Source: Podarcis vaucheri
Lineage: Eukaryota
Assembly (NCBI GenBank): GCA_965113315.1
Contig: OZ220364.1
Strand: one strand, 5' to 3'
DNA: 64,000 nt
Shown: one piece after another, positions 38,821-51,095 of the stretch
Layout of the letters: every line of letters begins with the position of its first letter
Position numbering within the stretch: the first letter of the stretch is position 1
Made by a program: the position numbers and the translations under genes
Notes under the pieces: generated by a model
Told to the model about the DNA's origin: nothing
Database searches by the model: none
The model's input: the letters and a program-made list of their open reading frames with translations, nothing else

Positions 38821-39062
38821 CAGTGGTACCTTGGGTTAAGTACTTAATTCGTTCCAGAGGTCCGTACTTAACCTGAAACTGTTCTTAACCTGAAGCACCA
38901 CTTTAGCTAATGGGGCCTCCTGCTGCTGCCGCGCCGCCGGAGCATGATTTCTGTTCTCATCCTGAAGCAAAGTTCTTAATCCAAGGTACTATTTCTGGGT
39001 TAGCGGAGTCTGTAACCTGAAGCGTATTTAACCTGAAGCGTATGTAACCTGAGGTACCACTG
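38821..39062 (+). mobile_element. Tc1/mariner MITE, family A copy 3 (242 bp)
   Basis: TA TSD, TIRs, full length. Confidence 0.9.
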
Positions 39063-40998
39063 TATTTGTTGTGTGCCTGTATGACTTTTGAATACTAAGG
39101 GTCAAACATGTGATGTTAAAATATCATTGTTTGTGTTGTTATGTGTACGTACACACACACGCCCCACTGTCAATAGCAGCCAGTGAATGACCCAGACTGG
39201 AGTGATTGTTAACCCTTTCCTCCCTCACCATATTCCCGGCGAAAATCCCACCCACCCCAGTCCAAACCTTCTATTTATATTGAGAGGGAAAGCCCCATTG
39301 ATACCATAGGCAGTACTCATTGCTTGTCTTACTCAGAGTAAACCCACTGAAGTTTATAGACATGACTAACCAAGGTTCATTAAAGTCAACCTTCAAGTGG
39401 GACCTAGTTGAATACATTCCTATGTCACAATGTGCAGAAAAATGAACATCTGAGTTAGGAGTTCACAATATGATGCCTGGGGGCACAGTATCACCCTCAA
39501 TGTCTCCTAGTACCCATGAAGCCTCTGAGACACCCCCTGCTGATCTTAAAGAGGGGTGGGCGGTTACTTTCTGTCCCTTGAAAAGTACATACAGCTGTAG
39601 GAGGAAGTTGAAAGAGTGACATTCTTTCCCACTTCCTCTTTCAGCTGTATGTAATGTTCAGGACTCAGAATAATTCTACTGGATTTGGATTTTACCCACA
39701 TCTGTTGGGAAAGAGGCTTAGCTAGAGCCGTATACTTAGAAATTAGTTTGAACACTTTTGCAGTTCCTTCTATTACAGATGCCAATCTTACAGATATGAA
39801 ATCACAGGATGAAATCACCCAATGACATCATTCAAATGGGTCCCTCATTCCTATGCCAAAGGTTCTTTGTGCTGACTCAGTGGCTCTGTCTTTCAGTCAT
39901 TGCTGAAGGCATAAAAGATTGATTGATTGATTGATTAAATTTCATCCCAGGATCACAGGACGGTTTTCAAAAATGTAATGCAATGGCCATTGCTCAGTAG
40001 CTCAACTTTTGGCACAGGTGAACTCATTGCTGTGCAAACAGGTTCCCTTGTAACTCAGCAGTAATCTCAAAAGCAGATAGACCAATCCAGATATGGTGGA
40101 AGCTCTGGAAACCTGCCCATGACCACAGCATTAAGCTGTTGGGTATCCATTGATTTCAGACAGCTTAAAACTGTAGAGCCTTCACAAGCCCTTGAACTTT
40201 TCTGATGTTCTTCAGATATGCACTTGAAAAGCAAGCATGCAATATCAGTACCATTAAACAAATTTACATGCCACGGTCTCTTATAGCTGCAAAAATATTT
40301 CTTCTTCCTTCCTGGTAACTTAGCAACTGTTATAGTGCAAGATTATTTTACTCCCATTGTTGCACTACTCTGTTTTGGTTAAGTATCACATTTGTTTAGC
40401 TGACTGTTGCTTTTGTTTTGTCTAAATCATGCCAAGGGTTTTTGAGAACGCTATTGTCAATGTAACTTTGTGGTATGTGAGATGGATTTGGTCTTTGGTC
40501 TAGAGATCTTCTGCTTTTAGAGCCCCTTGCTGAGTATCTGAAATTATAAGACATTGTTTATCTGCAGTGCTTCTGATCTCCTGCGCTGAAGTCCGCAGGT
40601 TGCAATGCGCATGCAGGGAAGAGAAGTTGAAGAAAATGAAAAACTAAGCCCGCCAGGAGTACGGACAGCAAGATAAATATATGCCTCGACAGTTGCAAAA
40701 CTTAAAACTTTTTAAAACAGGAAATAAATGTTTACTAGATGTAAGGCCAAATAATTGCTCATCTTCACTTTATTGCTCGTCTTAACTCATCTGAACATGA
40801 GATTCCTGGGGATTTTTTTAATACTTTATTTCTTTAAATAACAGTTATTGTCAAAATGAAAAGAAAACATTTATATAGGGAATTATACAGAACCCACCCC
40901 CTAAAATAATGAAACGGAAATTTAGACTAAGTTACTTCTGTTGTCTGATCCTTTCCTTCTGTAAAGTCCCAGGTGCCTGTGTGTCTTCTTGCAAGTTA

Positions 40999-41212
40999 CA
41001 GTGGTACCTCTGGTTAAGTACTTAATTTGTTCCGGAGGTCCGTTCTTAACCTGAAGCACCACTTTAGCTAATGGGGCCTCGTGCTGCCGGAGCACAATTT
41101 CTGTTCTCATCCTGAAGCAAAGCTCTTAACCCGAGGTAATATTTATGGGTTAGCGCAGTCTGTAACCTGAAGCGTATGTAACCTGAAGTGTAAGTAACCC
41201 GAGGTACCACTG
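40999..41212 (+). mobile_element. Tc1/mariner MITE, family A copy 4
   Basis: TA TSD and TIRs; lacks one internal TTAACCTGAA unit. Confidence 0.88.
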
Positions 41213-42749
41213 TACAGTAAGATCAAAGCCTCACAGTGCACTCTGGCATGCTTACTCTAAAATCTGATTGCGATCAATAGGACTTCTTTCTAGGATTGCA
41301 CTGTTATGCTTCTGTTTCTTTCCTTGTCATTTTTTGTCTTTCTTTATACAGAGATATCATTTCCACCTTTTTGTGATGGGATTGAGAGAAAAGGGAATGC
41401 AATTTCTGTGTTAAATTCTGTCCCTACTTCTGTAGCTTGGTATGAATAGAGGCATATTACAGGAGGTCCCGACACATCCTTTATCAACCCTGATGACCTC
41501 CAGATGTTTTTGGACTACAACTGCCATCAACCCCAGGCAGCACAACCATACTGGTTGGGGTCAATGGGAGTTGTAGTCCAAAACATCTGGATGGCACTAA
41601 ATTGGCAAATGCCCATAGATTGTGTATAGAAACCAGAATTTGCTATTTGCCCCCAAGCCACCCTAATACCCTGTGAACAATCAAACTCTCAAACAGGAAT
41701 GGAATTACACCAGTGAGAAAAGGGGGGGGGGACACATGATCAGTTCACCCATATTAGGACTGCTGTTATCCAGTTCACTACGTTTGCAAAAGCACACACC
41801 CAACTGCAACATGCACCAATTTATGCTAGGTCGAATGAAAGCAAAAGGTAATTCACAATAGAAAAAATAACCAATATACCACAGAGCAAAGTGTTCATAT
41901 GAACTAACTTCAAGACCCATCAAATCACAACAGTGGGTGAGAAAGGACTTGACTGATTATACTAGTCCATGCCCAAAGCTGCTGTGCCTTGCTTTTTCCA
42001 TTGCATGTCTAAGAAGAATCCTGCTGGATCACCATCTCATCCGTTCCAGCATAATATTTCCAGCCAGTCACATTTGTTTTAAACAAATGACAAGATTTGT
42101 GTAATGCTTAATCAGAAAAACCTCTTAAGCGATTTGCAATAAAGCAATACAAAATGTTCACAAGAAAATATCAATAAGTACCACATGATTCTGGGAAGAC
42201 AGCACGCACTGCATGGAATTAACAGAAAGAATGCAAAAAGAGAAACTTGTTCTCAAAAGCACCAAACACATCAATTTATTACAGTTCAATGCATTTCAGA
42301 ACCCTGGACTCCTTCTCCAGGAGTGCTCTTTGATTACTATGAAACAGCTGAAGCTGATTGCAACAGACGCTAGCAGTCTATCTGGCACCATGGGGAGGAC
42401 CAGACAGACCGCTGGTGTTTGTGCAATCCTAGTATCTGTCGCTTTAGAGAAGATGTCTCTCGTTTTGCAGTCTGTCGGGTTCTTTGTGTATCTCTCCTGT
42501 TTTGCTCTTTCTGTCTTTCTCATCTTGCATGGAACCTTCATTATTCCCCCCCACCGCGGTGTTTAGTATTCAGAGGTATAATTGCCTCTGAACATGAAGG
42601 TTCTCTTTCCTTCTTGCAGCTAAAATATGTTGATAGATCCCATCTGAAGCTATGGAATTGCATGTGGGGAAGCCACAATAGTGCACATGAAAGCAGAAGG
42701 GGGGAAAAGTGTGCATATCTTGTAAGTCTCCCAAATGCAGGTTCACATA

Positions 42750-42991
42750 CAGTGGTACCTCGGGTTACATACGCTTCAGGTTACATACGCTTCAGGTTAC
42801 AGACTCTGCTAACCCAGAAATAGTGCTTCAGGTTAAGAACTTTGCTTCAGGATGAGAACAGAAATCGTGCTCCGGCGGCGCGGCGGCAGCAGGAGGCCCC
42901 ATTAGCTAAAGTGGTGCTTCAGGTTAAGAACATTTTCAGGTTAAGAACGGACCTCCGGAACGAATTAAGTACTTAACCTGAGGTACCACTG
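42750..42991 (-). mobile_element. Tc1/mariner MITE, family A copy 5 (242 bp, inverted)
   Basis: TA TSD and TIRs; close to the reverse complement of copy 3. Confidence 0.9.
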
Positions 42992-44412
42992 TACTTCAAA
43001 AATTGCATGTGAACACTCAGATACAAACACAGGTTTGGTCATTTTCTTGCTCCTTCATGGCATTAATTTTCAAAAAGTGAGGTGGAAAATGAAAGACCTT
43101 TTCCTCAGTCACTTAGTAGGAGAGTACAAATACTACTTGAAGTGTAGGAGGGAGATCGGGGGGAGCTCCATGGTATTTGTGGATCGAACCCCATGTCTTT
43201 GCTTCTTCAATAGTCAGTTTTTCCTAGGCATTAACATCCAGGACAGGATTTCTCATTTCCTGCAGTAGAGGGTTATTTAGAAAAATGGGTTGGAGAAGGA
43301 TAAGCTGATTTCTTAGCAGAGCTGTAACTCTATGAAACTTTGTGGCACATCCAATATTGGGGCCCCACTCACTTTAATTTCATTACTGGTTGCAGAGATA
43401 AGTCGCTTGGAAATAGGGAATGGATCATTCAGTCAGCTGTAGACATTTTCTGGGAGCCCCTTTGCATAGCTTTTAGATGAACAGGACCTGTTTGTATCAT
43501 ATGTGAAACAATGTTTGTGATAAGCAATCTATCATAGAAGTGGAGTCTGATAATACTGTGGTGAAGCAGAGGCTTGTAAGGAACTACAGAGATAATCTAA
43601 GGAGGAACAAGAAAGCCCTTCACATTTCTTTGAGTTCTCTCTCCCTCCAAGTAGTACAGTACATACAGACAGAATCCTGTGGTGAATAAAACATCCCTCT
43701 AAGAAAAATTAAGATTCTGAGAATGTAAGTTCTCATTATAGTACATGCCCAAGAAAATAAAGAATTTTGCAATATTTCATCTCCGAATGATGCCTCTTAG
43801 TGTTGTTTTAGCCCAGTAATTAGATGTTTCGGCTACTGCATCATCATTTGATGTAATTACTGTCAACCACACTGAAGCTTTGCAATCAACTGATTCGTTT
43901 TTTCAAACAAACAGAAACCCTAATTTGCAAAACAAAATTGACATGGACAAAAATAATAATCCACAAATTGATGGTAATACAGTTGTAAGATTGAAACCTC
44001 CTCCGTCATAAGCACTATGGGAACATAACCCCCAAACCAAAATCTGCTAGTGTGTATTTCTCAAGCATTTACAGTACCGCCAGGCTTGTAAATGGCAGAC
44101 TGGGTGTGTGTGTGTTCCTATGCAAAGGAATACCAGCACTGATGAACTATAGTGCAAGAACAGGTTCACACAATTGACTTTCCCCACTGTGATAATGGAC
44201 ACAGGGTGACAATGACAATCTCTGCTGTGTAGTGGTTTCCAAGTTCCCAGCTACCAGTTCAACAGCATGGGAGCATGTGGTTGAAGGCAACATTTTTTAG
44301 ATTCTTGGAGCCGACCCTCCTCTCAAACGAGAATACATTCACATATATTAACATTTAAAACATAGTTTGGGAAGTATTCTCTGCCTGGGGGCTACCCATT
44401 GCTGATTCTGCA

Positions 44413-44768
44413 CATTGCCAGATTTACGTATAAGCTAAACAAGCTATAGCTTAGGGCCCCACTCTCTTGGGCGCCCCCAAAACCGAAAACCCCCACTGGA
44501 TGTACATTTCCAAAATATAAGATAAAAAACAAATAAAATAAAACCTACATACAGCAACAGTGTTTTGTGTTGTGTAGGCTCCTATGATGTGCATATTTTG
44601 TTTTCTGCAAATGGCTTTAGATACCTATTAGGTCCATAAATTACCATATGGCATACATTCAACACAAAAAACAGTGACAATTTGTTGTTGACAAAGGGCA
44701 GCTGGACATATAAAGGGCCTCATTACCTTCAGTAGCTTAGGGCCTCATCAAACTTAAATCCGGCCCTG
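44413..44768. mobile_element. hAT non-autonomous element (356 bp)
   Basis: 8-bp TSD attctgca/attctgcg, TIRs CATTGCCAGATTTA / TAAATCCGGCCCTG, and AGCTTAGGGCC repeated near both ends. Confidence 0.8.
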
Positions 44769-44892
44769 ATTCTGCGCAAACTTAAATGCACTGTTTTGTT
44801 TGAATTCATGTGTTAGTTTGATTTACTGACAGTTACAGAAACTACCTGATTTCCCCCCACAAAAACTGGCCAGAGCCTCTGATGCACAGATG

Positions 44893-45080
44893 CATAGGAG
44901 CCAACTCCTAGGGGCCGAGAGGCCTTTGGCCTCCCACCAAACATTTTTCTGAGGGGCTGCCCCCTCCCAAATTGATGGGCATTGCTATTCAAATGGTGTG
45001 CATGTGCTGCGTATTGTGATTGATTATGTGGGACTGGGCTTACCTGCCCCCCCCAATTTTTATTCAATTTGGCACCCTTG
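44893..45080 (+). mobile_element. hAT MITE, family C copy 1 (188 bp)
   Basis: Perfect 8-bp TSD CACAGATG and imperfect TIR CATAGGAGCCAA / TTGGCACCCTTG. Confidence 0.8.
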
Positions 45081-45924
45081 CACAGATGTATGTAAAGATG
45101 CTCCTTTGTTGCTCTTGTTGTTTCGGGAGTCTCATCCTCCTTTCTTTATCCACTTAGCTCCCTTCTCCCATCCATGGCCACACCACAGATGTGAAATAAT
45201 GAAGAAACAGAGGTGAAATAGCATAAGAAAAGTATTTCTGAACATGTACAGGCTTCCCCAGTGACTAGCTGTAGTTTCCCACCCAATATTTGCTTCCAGG
45301 AGGGGCTCCTGTGTATGATGAGCTGTAGCATCTCACTCTTAAGAAATTAAGCACAATCATCACCTCTCTTTACAGGCAATGTGTGTATGTTTCTGTGTGG
45401 ATATGTATGAGTGTCTATGTGAGAATGCTGGGAGGCCTGCCCCTTTTGTTTTGACCCCGCCCCTTTTGCTTTGGCCACACCCACACCGGAAAGTTAACCA
45501 AAAGTGTACGTGCGCCTCAGACTTAGCCTGAAAAAGTTTTACGGCTTCCGAAAATACGGTTCAAATGCTTGCTTTGTTTTTGTTTTAATTAAGGCTTATG
45601 GTAGTACTGCCACACCACCTGAAAGCATGATGTTGGTACCTGACCATACCTGTTCACTCTTCACCACTCTTCCAATGCCGTGCCGGTTTGTATATACTAA
45701 TAAATATTTATGTTGCAATGAGGCAGGAATGCTTCCATCAGTATCCATGCGGGAGCCCCATTGGTGCACCTGGAAATGTGTTTAATAACCAGTAAGCACC
45801 CTTCTTCCTTGTGCTGACACAGCCCTTTTTTGTTATGATCAGGAACTGTTTATGCTCCTCGAAGGTGCAGCCAAACCTGCAAGTGAGCTCATTGCTGAGG
45901 CTGCGTAAACCTGATCCACCCACA

Positions 45925-46245
45925 ACTGTAGCTCAGTTTTAGGGCACATGTGTTGCATGCAGTTTGAGGCAGGGCTGGGGAAGATTTCTCTCTCAGACCC
46001 TGGCGGGTCTCTGCCAGCTTGCATGCACAATGATGAGCTAGATGTATCAGTGGCAGCTTCCTATATCCCTGTTAAGGACACATAAGGACCCAGCTCTGTT
46101 GCTGAACAGGGATTTGGAGTGCCTTCTAGCTCCAGGTCCAAAGACCTCAGGTATTGGGGCTGGGAAAGATCCGAGGACTGGGAGACCCATTGCCCATCAG
46201 AATATAAACTTATGTACCTAGATGGATCAACGGACTGGTTCAACG
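45925..46245 (+). mobile_element. Two degraded tandem Squam2-like SINE remnants
   Basis: ctgtagctcagt...ttgcatgcag...gggctggggaaga...gagctagatg...ggcagcttcctat, followed by a second gggctgggaaaga...ctagatgga unit. Confidence 0.4.
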
Positions 46246-46988
46246 GACGGCCACATTAGGCACACATTTACTCAGGTAAGCCATACCAACAAAGACACAG
46301 CAGCTTGCTACAGGTCCAATTATTAGGTGAAGCAGTCCATAGATTGTGTCACTGTCTCCTTTTAGAAGGATGCTGTCTTTACTACGAAAACTCATATGCA
46401 ATGACCACAAAAATCACATGCCAGGACTCCAACTCACTTTTTAATACAACAAACCCAGGTTGGGACAGGCTAGTGGCCTTTAGGGAGGCTAGGGGATAGA
46501 AGAGGGACTAAATTTTAAATAACACATGAGTGGTTATTTATTGCATTGAACTAGTGGTTTAGGTAGTCCTAAATAATAAACATAGTCTGAAGCATCCCTC
46601 TCTCTCTAACTAGTTTTCTGGGACTGTTGTGCTCAAGTCCTGCTTGCGTGCTTCCTATCAGCATCTGGTTGGCCAGTGTGAGGACACAATTCTAGGCTAG
46701 TTGGGCCAGTGGCCAATGCAGCAGGGTCTTACATTTTGGGGGACGCACAGAAAGCCCCTCCAATATATAAAGAGCACGATCAACAACACAATCACATGCA
46801 TATCTACTCAGAAGTAAGTCCCATTGACTGCAATGGGTCTCCCAAGTAAGCAGATTCAGGATTGCAGCTCAAATGTAGTCAACGTTCATACTATATACAG
46901 CTAAGCATTCTACTTGTCCTTAATGTGCAGTGAAACCCTCCCCCTGCCATACTTGCTGGATTTGTGCCTGTGTCCCAGACCATCCAAA

Positions 46989-47336
46989 GGGACGCAGGTG
47001 GCGCTGTGGGTTAAACCACAGAGCCTAGGACTTGCCGATCAGAAGGTTGGCGGTTTGAATCCCTACAATGGGGTGAGCTCCCGTTGCTCGGTCCCTGCTC
47101 CTGCCAACCTAGCAGTTCGAAAGCACGTCAAGGTGCAAGTAGATAAATAGGTACCGCTCCAGCGGGAAGATAAATTACGTTTCCGTGCGCTGCTCTGGTT
47201 TGCCAGAAGTGGCTTAGTCATGCTGGCCACATGGAAGCTGTATGCCTGCTCCCTTGGCCAATAAAGCGAGATGAGTGCCGCAACCCCAGAGTCGGCCACA
47301 ACTGGACCTAATGGTCAGGGGTCCCTTTACCTTTTA
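46989..47336 (+). mobile_element. Full-length Sauria SINE just upstream of the METRNL CpG island
   Basis: tRNA-like head gggacgcaggtggcgctgtggg, tail ggggtccctttaccttttac, and an 11-bp TSD CCCAGACCATC at 46974-46984 and 47337-47347. Confidence 0.9.
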
Positions 47337-47347
47337 CCCAGACCATC

Positions 47348-47505
47348 ATCAAGATAAAATATTGGGGGTGGGCAAGTAAGCCCTGCCTTGCATAATCGAT
47401 CACTATGGCTGGCAGTGCCCATTCACTTGGAGCAGGGCAGCCTCCTCAAATATTTTTGGGGAGTCCCGAAGACCCCCCCCCGGCCCCTAGGAGTTGACTC
47501 CTACG
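47348..47505 (-). mobile_element. hAT MITE, family C copy 2 (inverted, one end degraded)
   Basis: Reverse complement aligns by eye to 44893-45070 (aggagtcaactcctaggggcc...gtgatcgattatg...gggcttacttgccc). Confidence 0.7.
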
Positions 47506-49270
47506 TATCCGAGCCTGTGACGTGCTCCAAAGAAATCCCTTGACACAAAAAGAACCCCCGTCTCTCCTAAGTGCTTCCAAGAGCAGCTCGGCAGTGCAGG
47601 GAGGAGCCGAGTCCGCTCCGCGCCTACTCCGGTGCGGGTTTTCTCAGCTGACGCTCGAGTGGGTGGTTTCTTGACTTGGCCCGGCTCCCCGCCCCGTGCG
47701 AAGCCAGAGCGAGCGCCGGCTTGGAGAGAGCTCTAGTAGGCTGCTGCGCCGAGTGAGTGGCCGGACGGAGGGGATGGGCAGCTCGTGCTAAGGGCTCGAT
47801 TCGGACCGCCTTCGCTGCTCGCCATGTAGCGCTGGCCGCGGGCGCTCTCCTCTCGCCTGGTCTGGTGGAACTGTTCCCGAGCAGCCCGGCGGGGACCATG
47901 CGGAGAGCCCCGGCGCCTGGGCTGCTGGTGCTCCCGCCGCCCTCGCCGCTCCTGCTGCTGCTGGGGCTGCTGGCGCTGGACAGGGGCTGCACGGCGCAGT
48001 ACTCGAGCGATCTGTGCAGCTGGAAGGGGAGGTAAGAGCTCGCGGGGCGGACGGGGAACCCTCGGCGCCCGGTGGCAACACGGATCAGCCCGGCGCTCCA
48101 TGTGCGCTGCCAACTACTCGGTCTTTGTCCGGGCATATCCCCGCACCTAGGCTTTGCTTCCCTGGATGCGCCCCTGCAAGGTTTTTGCACGGCTTGGGAT
48201 GCGCCCTCCTCCCTCTCTCCTTTCCGCCCGAGCCCATCTTCTCTACTCTTTACTCTCTCGGTGGGCAGTTCCCCGTGCCACCTCCGAGGGGGTCGACGAG
48301 CTCCCTTTAAACCGAGCGCGCACCCTCCGAGAGGCGCTTCAGCGCTTCCTCTTCTAGGGGCGCAGAAAGGGCGGGCAGATGTTGTCCTTCCATTTCTCTC
48401 TGGCCACTTTCATGCGCTCTGCATTTGGAGCTCTTCCTCACCGCCCCCCCCCCCCCGCGCCTCTGTTTTTACGACCATTTCTTCCCTTTTGCTCTTCGAG
48501 AGAACCGGGGCTTGGATCCGGCTTCACCGCGGAGCGAATGCTTGCTTCCTCTTGCAACTTCTGCCCTTATGAATGCAGGGAGAGGGGAGTGGGGGGGGGG
48601 GTCCCTTACTTATTCTCCCGGTTTTGTTAAGTAAAGTTTCGCTCCGGGTTGGAGTAACTGGCTGTGGGGGTGGGGGAGTGTTGGAGAGATGAATTGAAGA
48701 GGCGCTTCGTCCCGCGCTGGGCTCACTTGCTCCAGCGGCTCACGGACACATGGATTTGATTGTTGCGAAGGGATAAAAGCAACCTCTCCTCTGCTGTTTG
48801 CTCTGATTTATTGGAAGCGGGAAGGGGGGGGGCGCGGAGGGAAGGAGGAGGAGGGGGCACTTTGATTAACATTCCAGGAGTGTTCAGGATGAGTATTGCC
48901 AAAGCAACGGGCAAAGGCGGGAGCGGGAGGGCGGCTTGGCTTTTCGCAGACAAAGGTAGAGCGTTTCTCTGGACTGACCACGCAGCGACACCGGCCACAT
49001 CTGTGCAACCCAACACCCGAATAACACACTCTGCACCTCCTCGCCGCTGACCTTCTGCATTCAAGCGTTCACTTCGCTGTAACACAATAGGCTTGTAAGT
49101 CCTCCCTTTTAGGAGGCGAGTTGACAGGGTTGGTGCGGATTGTTCGCGCTTGGCGAAGCTGCAACGCGGAGAGCGAGAGAGCTGGCTTCGGTTTTGTTTA
49201 AATCCCCTCGGTGGGATTTCGCTGTCTTAACATTCCCGCCCCCGCTTTGGAACGCACCTGATTAGTCTCT
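47480..49270. promoter_or_regulatory. CpG island spanning the METRNL promoter, exon 1 and start of intron 1
   Basis: High CpG density, a GC box CCCCGCCCC at ~47686, TGACG half-CRE motifs at ~47518 and ~47649, and no TATA box. Confidence 0.85.
47898..48031 (+). CDS. METRNL: METRNL coding exon 1: signal peptide plus QYSSDLCSWKG(S)
   Basis: Start gggaccATG, a Leu-rich signal peptide, then AQYSSDLCSWKGS typical of meteorin-like. Donor AG|gtaaga in phase 2. Confidence 0.95.
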
Positions 49271-50927
49271 CCCCCACACTCCCACAAATTCGAACACACT
49301 TGATTAATTCAGGGTTGTTGTTTTTTTGCTTCTTTGCCATATTGGGTTACTTACCTTAAGATTTTTTTATACTTTTTTATGGAGGGGGCGAAATCCTAAT
49401 TTAGAGGCCTGCTTTTTTTTGTTCTGGGTGGAGTTAGCTCTTCCTCGGAAATTGTAAAAGTGGTGCGTACTTGTGGGTGTTTCTAACATTTGCCCGAACT
49501 TCCTCTGGAGTTCACCTGTTGCTGAACAATACTGATCTCTGAAAAGATACTGGTCTGGTCTCTGTTACACCTGTGGCATCACGTCACTCCTGTTCCTTCA
49601 GATTTAAATCAGCATCGCTGATGGCAGATTCTTACCCAGTGTTCCATGTCTGCCACAGCTATGCTAATCGTTCTGGTTGTGAAATCTTTTAAAACTGCTT
49701 GGCTCCAAAAGCTCCTCCCCCCCCCACTTTAGTCCGCTGTAATCATTTTAATGTGTCTTTATGGTTTTCAAAAACCTTTTATAGATCGTGACTTTTGAGG
49801 GCTAGATTTTCATTCAGGAATGAAACCATGGCTAAATGGACTGCATTTGTAATCTATATTCGGTTTCTTCTGGACACTTAAAAAAACCTCAAATGGGGTT
49901 ACCGGTGGAAGACTTTAAAACTAATACATAAATTGGGTGGCTTTGAGTAACAACTTGAGTATTTTGGGGAATAGCTAAAGATCAAAGAGGCGGAAATAAG
50001 GTTTTTGTTACATTCTTTTCAGCTGATTCCTATTGTTGTTTGGGGTGTGAGGGAGAATCCAGGCACCTCTGTTTTCTTTTATTGGGGACGGGAATCCAGA
50101 TGGTAATGAATTATCTTGAGTGTCAAGGATTGTCACATGTACATTGGCATTTTTCCATATTTTTTGCATTATCTAGAAAGATAATAGCCGAAAATAGTGA
50201 CATGGGCCACTTGCTGGGGGGGGGGGGAATCAGGTAATTGTAATGGCCAATTGACTCAGGGCATGATTTTAACAGTTTCACAGCCACATTTCCTGACAAT
50301 GTGGTTTGCTGAAATAGGTAGCTTTTTGAGCAAAACCCACTAATTCTCAGACTGTGATCCTAAATACATCTGCCTGAAACAGAAGCATTTTCTATCAGCA
50401 TCAGTGTGGTTTACCACAAAAATAAGTTTTAAGAGCCCTCGGGATTCGCTTTGATCGCTGGTCCCTAAACCCAGCCCTAACAACAAACCTATAAGGTGGG
50501 ATACTAGTGTTTCCAACCTAGATTGGGGTCCTAGAGAGTGGCATGCTTAAAATTGCCTCATAGAGGCAAAACATTTAAGCCCAAGGACTTCCTGATTTCT
50601 ACTTGGTCTTTCAGCTACCAGCTCATTAATATATTGCTATGCTGATGAATGAAGTCTCTCTTCTAAGCTCGTCAATGTTCTGAATGCCAGCCACAGGGAA
50701 TGTGTGTAGCCAACATGACTCACTTTCCTGTTGTGAGGCTGACCCAGCCATTCTCCTCTTCCCCCCTCCTCACCCCCCCCGTCTGTCATCATGTATTTTA
50801 GTTTCGTGGAATGACACATTATTGTGGTTGCACAAGCAGAGAACATCTGACGTCTGAAAAATAGGTGGAACTGACCAAAACAGGTGCCTCTGGTCTGAGC
50901 CATACTGCCTAGGCTGCAGAGTAGTGT

Positions 50928-51095
50928 GGGGAGGGCTGTAGCTCAGGGCTAGAGCACTTGTCTTGCATGCAAAGGGTATCAAATTCAATCCCTGGCATCT
51001 CCAGGTAGCAGAGACTCACCTGTGTGAAACACAGCAGATTTGCTTCCCAGTCAGTGTGAATACACTAATAGCCTGACTTGATTTAAGGCAGTTTT
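50928..51095 (+). mobile_element. tRNA(Ala-like)-derived SINE, Squam2-like
   Basis: ggctgtagctcagggctagagcacttgtcttgcatgcaaag...ttcaatccctggcatctccaggtag...ccagtcagtgtg...aaggcag. Confidence 0.6.

Noticed and set aside
38821-39062. Repeated TAACCTGAAG units as a CRISPR-like array
   Set aside because: The units are short and irregularly spaced, lie inside TIR/TA-flanked MITEs, and recur in six dispersed copies. The context is eukaryotic with no cas genes.
47624-49085. Many overlapping ORFs (up to 188 aa) on both strands
   Set aside because: Expected stop-codon depletion in a CpG island. Only 47898-48031 has homology and a splice donor.
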